Shown here one piece after another: positions 51,879 to 64,000 of a stretch of DNA of 64,000 bases. Location of the stretch: assembly GCA_051362555.1 (NCBI GenBank), contig CM120640.1, forward strand, positions 40,898,788 to 40,962,787, given 5' to 3'. The DNA comes from Lingula anatina. Taxonomy: Eukaryota; Animalia; Brachiopoda. Both the position numbers and the translations under genes were made by a program. Positions within the stretch are counted from its first letter, which is position 1. Each line of letters starts with the position of its first letter. The notes under the pieces were generated by a model that was not told the DNA's origin, did no database searches, and saw nothing but the letters and a program-made list of their open reading frames with translations.

Positions 51879-52242
51879 TTTTTATGTACAGACACCTCAT
51901 GTCTGTACATATAGCCAGCACCTGCTTCTGTTGTCGCTGTCGTTGTGATCACCATCCACTTTCAGAGTTTAGGAGTTGTGTTATTTCAAAAGTATTGCTT
52001 AGTGATGAAAAATTTTCTAAAACTAGGAGAAATACACCCACGATACAATTTAATTTGAATTGGAAATCATATATTGGCAATCTAAATGTGATCTTGAATT
52101 TGACTTTCGACTATTTTCCACAACGAAGTGTACTTGGCAAATTTTCTGCCAGTTATAGCTCCAAAACCGGCAGATACATAACCCATTTTGTGCATCATTT
52201 CTTGCTTTTGGGTCTGTACATTTTTAAGGTTTGGTGCTTGTT
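51879..52242 (+). mobile_element. Second, short HINE-like element of the same subTIR family as 15842-17331
   Basis: ATGTACAGACA (51884) with inverted copy (51900), then at.gcca.cacctgc.tctgt.gtc as in the first copy; 3' GTCTGTACAT (52212), ends cttgtt. Confidence 0.75.
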
Positions 52243-54097
52243 ATTGTAAATCATTTTGTCATGTACTTAAAAAACATGGTTTTAGCATAATTTTACCAAT
52301 TGCTTTAAATATGTTTTCTTAAATGTTTTTAATAAGTATCTGTTGCATAAGTTTCATATGTTGCAATGAACTGGAATATAGAATGAAAAAAAAACATTTG
52401 CTAATGTTAGAAGCTTTTTGCTCAGACTTACAGTTAGTAAGTTGTCTCATATCAAAGCCCATACACAGGAAAACAGTGTTAGTTGACAGTTAAGACTAAG
52501 AAAATAGCCCATTTTGAATGTATAGTTTAGCAGAACAAGGCCAGTGAGTATAGACATAATGCTTACTGCACCCTAAGCTGCACCTAACTAACAGCAGATA
52601 ATCCTAGACACAAGAAAGATGAATGACGTTTTCTCAGCCAGTTGGACTGTTATGAATGTTGAGAATTGATATGAAAGAGGAAGACATTGGCAACTTGCTC
52701 CTCTATGAGGTTCAAATGTTGATGTCAAGATACTCCAATGATGACTGTGATGTAGTGAAAAAATTAGACCAGAAGTTATAGTATGCCTTTGATAGTCTGT
52801 TGTTGAGCCCTTAGTTAGTGTTCCTAAAGATAAGAAATTAGTTATAATTACAAAAAGTATGAATTACAGATTGGTTAACAGCCTTCAAAAGGTGAAAACC
52901 GTCCTTCTGGCTAATATCTCCATGCCTGCAATTATAGTTCAGGGTTATATAGTTTAACATGACATTCATAATAACGTATTGACATCTATTTTTTAAGATT
53001 CTTTTTCATAATGTTTATTCTTTACAATTTATATCTCTTTCTTTCATACCATTCCACAAAAAGAGACATGGTTTATACCCTCTTACCTAAGTGACCTATT
53101 CATTTTACTAGTCTGTTCTAGTTTTCATTTGTTGCATTCCAATCTCTGTCCGTCCATTTTTAAAGGAAAGTCTACATTATATTCTACTTTGTACTCTTTT
53201 TAAAAATGTTTTCACTTTGAATTGTATTTTGTATATATATATATATCAACATGATGTGACTTTAAATTGATTATTGTTGATGACATATCAATGTATTCAG
53301 CTTGTAAATATTTGTTCTTGTATTTCTCATGAAGTGGCTTTATACTAACAGTATAGTGGGTGTTAATTGTATGTATTATCCAATATGATAACAAATAAAA
53401 GTACACTACGCAAATGCCAAAGCCCAAAAAGTGGTCAGTGAGCCTCTCACGTGTTCTTAAATGTGTTGCCAGTCATAAACGTTGAGTGTAAAAGCTTGTT
53501 ATTGCAGTTAAGTGGAATGTCCTAATAAACAGGATATCATTTACCTTGTCTATGCTTATGTTGTATTTATATTCGTTGCAAAACAAACAGATCTACAGTA
53601 ACTTCAAAATTTATCTAAAGTAATGGATATTTATTTCATGATTTGTGTAGAAACAAAAGATTTAAAAGAGGAAAGGTGAATTCAGAAAAAAGTACTTTAG
53701 TGCACTAATATCACAAAAAACTGAAACCATTTCAAATGCATGGTTTAATTTTAGGTTGTGTAAAGTCTTCAAAAATAAAAGGCCAAGTTCACAAAGCTAC
53801 AAACAAGTTACAAATGGTTTGACCAATTTCACCTACAATGACATATCCTATTCCAGAGGTTTGTCAAACCTTTACTCTGACATTCTTCAGAATTTGGCTT
53901 CATCTGAAAAGTATATATTGCATATGCCAATTAATGGACACAATTATCACAGGTATTAATTCACAGAAATACAAGAATCCTTCCAGATTGGCCTTCTTGA
54001 GTATTATAACACACACATCCAAGCAACTCCACTCTACCAGGGGTTTTCATCCAGTTTTGTAACAGCTAAATAAGAAGTGGAGAGTACCCAGCATTAA

Positions 54098-54387
54098 AGG
54101 GCACATTCAGAACAGATGATCTGTGGACTAACTGGTCTGCAGATCAAATATGGCCAACCCCACTTGAAAGCACTGCAGTTCATCACCTAATGGTCTCCCT
54201 GCCTACCACATGCACCAGCCCTGCAGGGGCTTAGTAATTAAACCTCAGAGCCAAGAATTTAATCCGTTTAATGGTGCATGTGGAGGCAGTGAGACCATCG
54301 TGGATTAAGTGCTCTTGCTTTCATGTAGGATCCACCATATGTGGTTAGCGGATCGGTAGATCTGAGGATCATCTGTTCTGAATAGGT
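54098..54387. mobile_element. Long fold-back MITE-like element just 3' of MVP
   Basis: Perfect 17-bp arms attcagaacagatgatc (54105) / gatcatctgttctgaat (54367); inner arms 54191-54217 / 54272-54297. Confidence 0.8.
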
Positions 54388-54593
54388 TTTTTATCAGTTA
54401 AATTAATCCTCTGTCCTGAATGCAGTCTAAGTTGTTAGAAGTCTGGCTCAGAATTTTAAAACACAGCTCAAAAAAGAGAGTGAAGATGTTCTATAACCAG
54501 AATGTGTTCTATAACCAGAATCCAAATGGCTAGACTGGGGTACTACCACAGGGAATGTCGCACAAATAAACTAAGTAATGTGGGTATCAGTGT

Positions 54594-57500
54594 CTATCCT
54601 TTTGTGGCTCCAATGAGACCTTCTGCTGTGTTGAAGAGATTAATGGGGCTGTTGCCATCTGTGATAAGAACGCTTTCCAACCCCAGGCCCTGCAGCAATT
54701 TGGCCTAGTAAATCAAATGGTGGGTATTACAGAAAGAAAATGACTTCAGATGATGTTTGTGGTACTATAAAATGTTTAAAGTGTTTTAAATATTTTTTCA
54801 AACAAAAAGAATACATTGAGAGTGAAATCATTTAAACAACAGAGGGTATTTAAATGTACTGTACATCAAAAACATATTATATGACAAGTTACATGTTTGC
54901 TGGTTATGGACCTTCTTACCTGTGTTTCTGGTCCCGAGTTTGCAATGGCTGCCAAGGTATCTGCTCCTAATGTTGAAACAATGCTGGAAAACTTGGAGAT
55001 CTGGAGATGATGTAAAAATACCCATTAACAGGCATCCTTATTACAAAGGGTGTACAACAGTTTCCTGAACTTTACTAGAAATGTTTAAACAATAATCAAA
55101 CTGGCTTCTGTGATAACAAGATACAAAAGCTGTATACCCGCTTCTTCAGTTATTTTCAAAATTGCAATGTATCAAAGTTCTGTAAATTAAAATCAAATTT
55201 ACTGAGTTCAAGCTTCACAGTTCACTTCAATATCTATAAGATGTCAAGTAACTGTTATGGTTTTTTAATATCTACGCCCACTCACTTCAACATTTGTCAA
55301 CTCCCGTGCTTTTGAAGTCTCCAGCTCATTCTGGCTTTTTTGGAAAGAGAGTTCAGACGAGCGTAGAATACCCTGTGTGTGCAGCTGAGCATTGTGTTCT
55401 ATCTGCTCAGCTAAGGCCTTTAACTGTGCAACTGAAAGGCATATCAATTGCAGTAAAACCAAACAAATAAAAATCTTCTGACTGAACTTTACCAAGTACC
55501 AGCAGTGGTAATATCTAACCAGTTAAGACATTAAATTTCTAATAGCCAATTTTTAAAGTTTTAAAGGTTTTGTTCACTGAAGAAGAAATTAATCTTATCT
55601 GGTGTGACATGAAATCCTTTAAAAACTTTTTTAACCAAGGGTTGCATTCAGTATTAATCTCAAAATACTCCATCTGTTGTTTTTTTAAACCAAACACAAT
55701 TAAGGGAAAATAATACCTGAAAATATGAAAAAAATTCAAATATGAAAGTGAAGTGCTAATATTAGTATAATAGTTGTCATTATATATCATTTGCTGTGTA
55801 CCTTCTATTTCACTCTGGGCTTCAATCAATGTCTTCTCCGCCTGAGCCTGGGCCTCTGCCTTAGCTTGTCCTGTGGACTCAACAGCAGCTGCTATGTTGC
55901 GTAGTTCATACAACTTTGCTCTTTCGATCTCTGCCTCTCTTTCAGTTTGGAGTTTTTGCCGTTCCAATTGCCCCTTTGCTATCTGCTCTGATCTCATGGC
56001 TTCATGAGCTGCTGACCTCTCAATGGACCTTGGAAATAGTAAAGCCACAATATGACATGGACTTCAATATCTATTTCTGACAAGGTAATAGCAACTATCA
56101 CCATTGAATTTTTTACATAGAGATGACAATTTTTTCATTGCATTATGTTACAAAAAAACAACTCATCTATCTTGTTTCTTATTGAAAAATATCACCACTT
56201 GTTTAAATTCCTTCTAAAATTTGATTATTCATAGCTGTAAATACACTATAACACGATAACTTACTTTGTGGCAATTTCAATAGCCATCTGCACTGATTTA
56301 CTGAGACTGTCTTTCATCTTCACGTCCACAGGCTCAATGCTCTGTATGTCCACATTGGTCACCACCTGAAAACAAAAAAGTCACAGATTTTCTAATTTTT
56401 TTCTTCTTTTTTTATTATTTCATATCTATTTAATAAATTTTCAATTAATAATAGCACCTCTTGATTTGTATTCTGTCTTTTGTGCAGTTTTGTGATTGGT
56501 ACTGGTATATGCAAAATATTTTTATTTAGTTAAATGTACTGGCATAAACAATTTTTAAAAACCATTTTCACATTACCATCAAAACCGGAAGAAAGAAAAT
56601 GTTATGTATTTATCCATAAATTTTGATAATATTTTCAAGTACTAACCATGCTGTTAGATGGAAATACCAGCACTTCATTAACATTTCCTTCTTTGTTGTA
56701 ACCAAAAACTGCAGTTTTAATTATTTGGGCCGAATGGCGATGAAATTGATCAAATGGGATCTGAGCAACCTGAGCTCTAATTCTGCTTCCTATAAATAAG
56801 TGAAAGGCATTTTAAAAAACATCTTAGAGATTAAATATCTAAATCAATTTCACTGATATTGGTAGAAAAAAATGGTTCAATTCTTTATATCTCTACATTT
56901 GAATTACCCATTACCTTGCCTCTGACTAATATACAGACTTCTATTATATAACTTTTACATTTCATATAATCGGTATTTATAGATTTATTAGTCACAATTT
57001 TCATCTCACCAATCTGACTGCATGCATATCCTATAAAATCAGGCACATTAAATATGGAGGCCTCCGACTTGGGATTTCCCCTTTCAACCTAACAAAATGC
57101 AAAGAAAGTTCCATACTGGTATGTTAATGTCATACTGATAATCACAGTTGCAACCTTAAATCCTTCATAATTTTTAATTCAAGGATAAAAACTCAACAAC
57201 AAAAACCATGTGAATGCTTCAGAAATACTACCTCCTCAAATTTTGTATTTCATCATAAAATCTATGTAATTTTGATTCAAAATAAGAAACTCAACTGTCG
57301 CAGTAATTGAATTGATGTCCATACCTGAAAATAGTTATTGAAGGCAATCTTCACAGACAGACGTGCATGGTCAGACGTCTCCACCTAAAGAGGAAAGAGA
57401 TGATATTTAACTTGGCAATCATTCTAGGAAACTATAAAATTATTAGAGCATGGAATAATATTATAAGATGTTTAATGGTATGACATGATCAATTCGATGA

Positions 57501-58340
57501 TCACTAAACTGCAATGATTGATTAGACAAAAGAACATGTTAAAGCCAACATCAAATGTACTGAGATTGTATCTTTTAAGGATTTTACAAACCTCTAGAAT
57601 ATCTGTTATGAAATCTGGTCCCAGCATCAGACAGAGAGATTGCAGTGCATGTGGTTTCTTAGGTTTACCAGCTGAAATGCATTTCTTACTAACATTAATA
57701 CATAATGCAGCTGAATAATAGACAACATAAGAACTATTTACAGCACAGACAATTTTCTTGTAAAATGTACTTTTAGGTCTGACTGGCGGACTGTCAAATG
57801 TTATTTTAATTAAATTAGACAGTAACTATTAATAACACATTTACATGCATTTACAGTATATCCATGCTTAAATACAATGCTTGACTTACCGCTCAGACTT
57901 AAAACATTAAAATTTTCATGAGGTCCCAGGACAACCAGATCAGGACCAAAAATAACACGAGCAGTCTTCTTCTTGTAATTATAGATCTAATAGAAGAGAA
58001 AAGAGATAATGAAATGAAAGAGTGCTTCATTTAGAGATCCAAGATACACTGTGTATAAGAAGCTGGCTCCTCAAATTTCCAGGTTAAGAATAAAATCAGA
58101 TATACAGCACCTAATTAAATATATTATCAGCACTTTGTTGCAGTTAAGGTTTTTCACTGTAAAGGCAATATTTTTTACATACATCCAAAACATTCCAAAC
58201 TGACCTGCACTGCTGTATTGCCAGGGCATCTGTAAGTAACCACTCTCGTCTTGTCACGACCCTAAAAATACACAAAAATATTAATATCGCAAGATATTAT
58301 AAGACCAATTTTGAAAATGGAACCTTTGTGTGTGTGTGCA

Positions 58341-58387
<47 letters not shown>

Positions 58388-59559
58388 ACCTTTAACATGC
58401 TTGGGTCAATGGACTGTTCAAAGTATGCAATTTTCCTGATATCTTCCTTTCCATAACCACCTCCATGTCTGAAAATGCATGAACAACAATATATATTTTT
58501 ATGAATATGTTTACTTCACCCATGCTAATTTAAACTTAACTTCACAGATGTGCATTTTGCTTGTTCTAAGAACCAGGAGAGACAATGTGTGAAGGCCCTG
58601 AAAATGTATAAAAACGTTTGAAACACCAAGAAGAGACTGCATTTACTCATTGTAGATTTTTTTTTTCAGAATTGAGGACACTCACTTTAGCAGTAACTCA
58701 ACAGAATCTGTCAACTCCTTGTTCCACAACACTTCATATGCTTTTAACATGTAGGCACATGGTCCCATCACAGAGCGTACCTGAAAAGGTTAACCAAAGA
58801 TAAAACATTTCTTGAAGCAGATCTTGCATAAAGCTGGCATTTTTGTAATCAATATATGTCTGAGATTTCCCTTTTTTTCAAATTTTCAAATATAGGTTAA
58901 AGAAATACTAATATTTAATTAACTTGAATTAGTAAACAGTATTGCTGCTTACTGAATTCATAATTTACTTTTAAGGATCCCAAAAAATTAAGCCTTTTCC
59001 TAAAAACAAATTTCAGCAACCATAAAAATGTTAAACTGTAATAAGTATATACTCAACCTCTCCAGTTTCCTCATTTCTTACATATACACCTTCATTCTTG
59101 TTCAGTGGTATGGCTTTCCTACAAAAATGTGATTTTTTATTAAGTTCTTTGGTGCAACATTTATTTTATTACTGCATTTTAAATGTATATTCCACTTTTG
59201 AATATGCACCAACAACTTAATTTGGTCTTCTTAACAAAATTATATTTTAAATTCATTTAAAATACAGAGCCAGTTTCAAGAAACAACAAAAGTAAAGTTT
59301 AAATTTTCTTTACATTCAGATACAGTACCTTCTGTCCATAACTTCCACATCAATGGGAGGGATGTATTCCATGGGACCATTGATCATCCAGCGGTCACCA
59401 GGTTTACGTTTTACTTTGGCTAAGAAAAAAAACAAAAACCAATTACATAGATTTGATATACTATGTGCAAGTTGTTTCATGATTGACCTTCAGCCAAGCT
59501 TTTTCTTCACCATTTACTAATATAAAATTCAATTTTAAATGCCTTGATTGTAAAAGCAA

Positions 59560-59590
<31 letters not shown>

Positions 59591-59653
59591 ATGAAAACAA
59601 GAATGTCAAAACATTAAACATGTAACATGCATATTTGAAATTAAAGCACAAGC

Positions 59654-59709
<56 letters not shown>

Positions 59710-62700
59710 AAATAACAAGAATATTAAAACATTAAACATGTGGCAAGTATTTTTTTTTTGAAACTAGATAACAATCACCTAAATAATTTTTACAATACAT
59801 TTATGTATTCCATATATGGACAAATATGCTTTTGAAGTGTATTTATTTCTGCTTTCATTCATAAAAACTCATCTGAATAACCAATGACACTAACTTTCTG
59901 CCATAGTATCCTCAAATTTATCAAGTGCCTTGAGAACAAGAGACTCATCCTCTCCCATGATGTACGACTGTTTGATGACTCCATCCTCCAACCTTTCTCC
60001 TGAAATACACAATGTTAGTTATCTGACTTTAAGATGAATATGACTCAAATTTAAATTCTACTTTTTCTTACTTTCAGTGTACTAATGTAACACATAACAT
60101 CCAAAATCAAATGTTGTGATAATATGTCAGTGTTACAATAATCTGTTAAAAGTTTGTGATGAGAGATTAATCATTTTATAGCCGCAGCTGAAATTCCATT
60201 TTAATATCACGATACTTAACTTATTATAATATTATGACACTGCAACTGCACCACATGTGGAAGCCTAGAGAGATAACCACTCTTCCTACATTGTCTCTTG
60301 CCCTTAATTATTATATTCATTGATTAAATTATGCCCAGGTCACCATTTGAACATACCTGGCTTCAGAAAAAATGAGCACACTCCCTTCCTAAGCTCCCTC
60401 TTGCCCATCTGATTTCTGCCATGTTTATTCTGGGGATCCAACACTACACAATACTGACCTCTGGACACCACTGTTTTGCTGATGGATGCTTTCACAGTCT
60501 GCAATTTGAGTCATGCAATAAGAATTATATAATCCCAACAGACTCACACATCCCTTTTTATACCTTTAAGATATGGATGAAATATCATATATTGTGAAAT
60601 AGGAAGTAAAAAGAAATGAGCATGGAAATTATATTATACATGTATATAATAATATTCTATAAAATAATAAAATGTATTTTTATACACTTTCTACGATCTC
60701 TTTGTGGCAATTTATTTTATCATAATATAAAAATTCTAAATCAATACGCACCACTCCCACATCTTGTATATAGGATTCTGTGTCTTTGAGTGTTATAAGC
60801 CATTCTTCACCAGCAAGTCTGTAATAAAAGAGATTAGAAAAACATCATGATTCTAATGATTATGGATCCCTGGGAGTAAAGTATTATACAAAGATAATGA
60901 TATTTCTTGAAACAAAAGTATCAATATTGAAACAAAATGCACATCTTTATGTCAGTATGTCTTTCGAGAAGGTAGAAAACAATGGAAGACACTAGATGTC
61001 TGCTAAAATACATTTGAAAGTGAAGACAAGGTATGATAATACACATTGTAATTTAAATCTTATAATTCAACAAAAACACTGTAACTGCAGAACCAAATTT
61101 GTTGGACTGTAGTACATGTATACCAGTAGGCTTTGCTTGGCTTTCTATTATGTACCAGCACTCTCATAAAGTATTCATGTGCAGTATTGAGTAATATTAT
61201 TAATAATCTTTACCTTTTTGTTCCAATGGAGTCAACTAAGGTTTGATCTGCCTGCAGATGCAAAGCCACATTCTCCGTGAGAACAATAGCATTCCTCAGT
61301 TCCACATCCTGGAAAAAAATACCACAGGAATGTAACAGCAACAGAAAAGTAAAACAGAAAAATGAAGTTATTGTAAAGCATGTGGCCCTAATACCTTGAG
61401 TTGACTTAAAATATGTTAATTCAATAAAAATAAATTACAAGAGATATATTCAACAAAAAAATTTTCTAAACATAATATCAAAATCATTGTTCCAGGTTCC
61501 AGTCTCTTCAGCAGGTAAAAAAAGATGCATGCTTAGTTTTGTTGAATATAATCCAAGGTCAATATAGTGACCTTTCCCTATACATCTTACATGCTTTTTT
61601 CAACAAATGTCAATTTCAAGTAAACATATATACATATACTGACCTCTGCATACACATCTGGCAAATATGCCCCTGGTCTTCTAACCAACCATTCTTCTCC
61701 TGTAACATGTTCTCTGCAAAATAACAAATGTGAATGATTTTGAAACCAAACTGGCCTATCACAGAATCAACACACAGCAAAAATATCTGAAATATATGGT
61801 AAAATAAGATCACCCAGATAATCACAGAAATACCACCAATTTCATCAATGTAACTGATACTGTGGTTACAATTGTTAAATATTTAGATAACAAATGTTAT
61901 CTTGATCATGTACTAGCATTCTGATAATAACATGATAGCAACCTTGATTAAAAGCAGAACTGAAACGTATCATATCCTTGCCAACTTACATTCCATCCTT
62001 GTCTGTGAAGCCCTGCTGGGCTCTTAACAATAATGCTTGGTTGTGGCCGATTACAAGGGGTTTGATTATTCCAACTATATCCTAAAAACATGCATATAAG
62101 ATTAGAATTCTTATGAAAAAATTGGTGTTGATTTTACAGCACAATAACCAAACACAAAAGTGTACGTATGAACTTGCATCTCTATACAACCCATAACCTT
62201 TAACAGAGTAATACTTACAGCATTTGGGGTTGGTTTATATGTGAGAGGACCTTCAAGTTGCCACATATCTCCGGCTTTCCTCTCTACACCTCCATCATCA
62301 AAGTCCTGTAAAGCTTTGAGTCTTATTGCATGGTTTGCTTTTACCACTGGGAGGGGTTTTATGGCTTGAGAATAACTGGTATCCGAGGCTGAAGTGCCAA
62401 AACTACGTGCCCCCTGAAGAACTTCACCAGGATAAAGTGGAAATGGCTCCTGAAATATACAGACAACATGAAAAGGCTGGAAATTGTTAGTGTTGGGGAC
62501 AATTTTGTCTCTAGAAATTTGATATAGTTGAAGACCATAGAAAAAAATCACAATTTAAGTCATAGTTTTCCTTTAAAAAGACAGCATAATGAAAAAGATG
62601 ACCAAGATCATAAAATGCAATAATAACATTTTTTTCCAGGATACCAATTAGCATTGAAGAAATAATACTTACGCCATGAAACCTGACTTCAAAGTATCCC

Positions 62701-63185
62701 AGTCTCAATTCACACTTTTTTCCATGGACATAATTGCTGAAAGAAAATATAAGCATATTTCATTTACAACATTTACAAGACTGATTCTTGATACTAAAGT
62801 GAAAGCATTACAATTGTATTAAATCTGAAAGTAAATCTTTTTTTAATAAGTTAATATGGCTGTCACATGTCCTGGTATTTTTAGATAATAAATTTCCTTC
62901 GTATGTACTTCAGACAAAAAAAAAGTAAAATACCAACAGTATTACTGAAAAGAGGTAGCAAAATATCTTTGATATGCCAGAACATGGTCTTCTTGCAACT
63001 ACTCTTGCAACTTATTGTGACACAAGTAGTCAACTTCACAACAGCTGTAGTGCTGTGTTACCTTGTTATGTGCCTTTCCAAACTGTGTACCAGTAAGTTG
63101 CCAATACAGACAACTTTCAGTAGTTTTTACCTCTGACGTACCTATTTTGGCAACATACATATTTTGGCAAGATACATATAACACA

Positions 63186-63237
<52 letters not shown>

Positions 63238-63790
63238 ATGCATATTTACCTCATTGGATCCTTAATAATGCAATAATGTGCTGGTGGTACAACAATGCAG
63301 GGAAGTGGACCGGCTTGTAATTTTTCATTGGACTGTAACACAACAGTGTTAGGACCCACCTCAAGTTTCGTCACATTAGTATTCTGAAAATACAGACTCA
63401 GTAAATAATTTATTTTATTCAATGGTTAAGATATACAGGCACTAGTAACTGACTATGCAGTTTGAACCCCACCCCCACCCCCCACCCACCCACACACAAA
63501 CCCAAACATAAAATAAATAACAAGTTTTAGATTTTTAACGTTTTTCAAAATTTAGTTATTTTTTAGCTTCTGGATATCAACAAGAAGAAGACATGTTGAA
63601 ATCAAATCCTAAGTAAAAGCACTACATTCTCTCGCCTTAACCGAAATAATCCACTCATGTACTGTACTAGTAGATGTCACTTAATTTCTCACTTAAAATC
63701 TAATAACACGTTATCAATGCTTTGGCAACTTACGAAGTCAATAATATGCACAAAATGATGCGGTGGGAGTCCTATGATATTAGAGCCCAT
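54594..63790 (-). CDS. MVP: Major vault protein (divergent), ~23 coding exons
   Basis: [19 protein letters not shown] / [19 protein letters not shown] / [11 protein letters not shown] / [16 protein letters not shown] / [18 protein letters not shown] / [15 protein letters not shown] / [10 protein letters not shown] / [18 protein letters not shown] / ETSDHARL / VPDFIGYAC / [22 protein letters not shown] / [12 protein letters not shown] / [24 protein letters not shown] (TAG 54596-54594). Confidence 0.96.
58327..58387. repeat. (TG)n-(GA)n microsatellite in an MVP intron
   Basis: Seen directly. Confidence 0.95.
59553..59742. repeat. Two-unit tandem duplication each carrying a (TAAA)n tract
   Basis: aaagca..(taaa)n..aacaagaat..aaaacattaaacatgt occurs twice. 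Confidence 0.85.
63189..63232. repeat. (AT)n microsatellite
   Basis: Seen directly. Confidence 0.95.
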
Positions 63791-64000
63791 TTTGTTCCTC
63801 GCTTACTTTATCTTAAATCTTGAAGTATTTGAAGAGAAACTGAAATGCAAGCAAAGCAAATTCCGATAAAATACACTGTAAATACCCTGCTTGGCCTTGA
63901 CCTATTTTATTCAGTTTACAGGTACTTGTGTGAAAAAAATCAGACTATCCAACTTGACCTATTATCATCCAAGTTAAGGTTATTTTTTCGCTTTTTCAAT

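Noticed and set aside
52450-52960. Slightly GC-richer stretch with a short ORF (MKEEDIGNLLLYE...)
   Set aside because: Too short, no splice chain or recognisable motif.
5079-63790. Functional innate-immunity cluster (A2M, Nox organizer, MVP)
   Set aside because: Adjacency of unrelated genes in one animal genome is not evidence without conserved synteny or co-expression.

Overview
AT-rich, intron-dense animal genomic DNA (invertebrate; lophotrochozoan/mollusc-like by repeat content, which is an inference). Left to right: (1) one end of a FLYWCH-encoding Mutator-like (Phantom-type) DNA transposon with a tandem-repeat terminus at ~4757; (2) a complete ~38-exon alpha-2-macroglobulin-type thioester protein gene (+, 5079-27298, intact GCGEQ); (3) two identical, divergently oriented tRNA-Thr(AGT) genes; (4) a PX + 3xSH3 Tks/SH3PXD2-like adaptor (-, 34697-29880), head-to-head with (5) a prominin gene (+, 36218-49603); (6) a complete, divergent major vault protein CDS (-, 63790-54594). 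Helentron-type non-autonomous elements, fold-back MITEs and microsatellites are scattered through the introns and UTRs. The most notable observations are in the A2M gene: two duplicated, frame-incompatible (mutually exclusive) bait-region exons with a candidate RNA stem over one acceptor, a C-terminal netrin/C345C-like module not typical of A2M, and a long acidic/Pro insertion. Also notable are a rhodopsin-like VxPx versus PDZ-like switch of the prominin tail and a WASP/VASP-like actin-binding helix ending the Tks protein. All gene models were assembled by hand from GT-AG junctions, intron phase and recalled family motifs; no database search was run.
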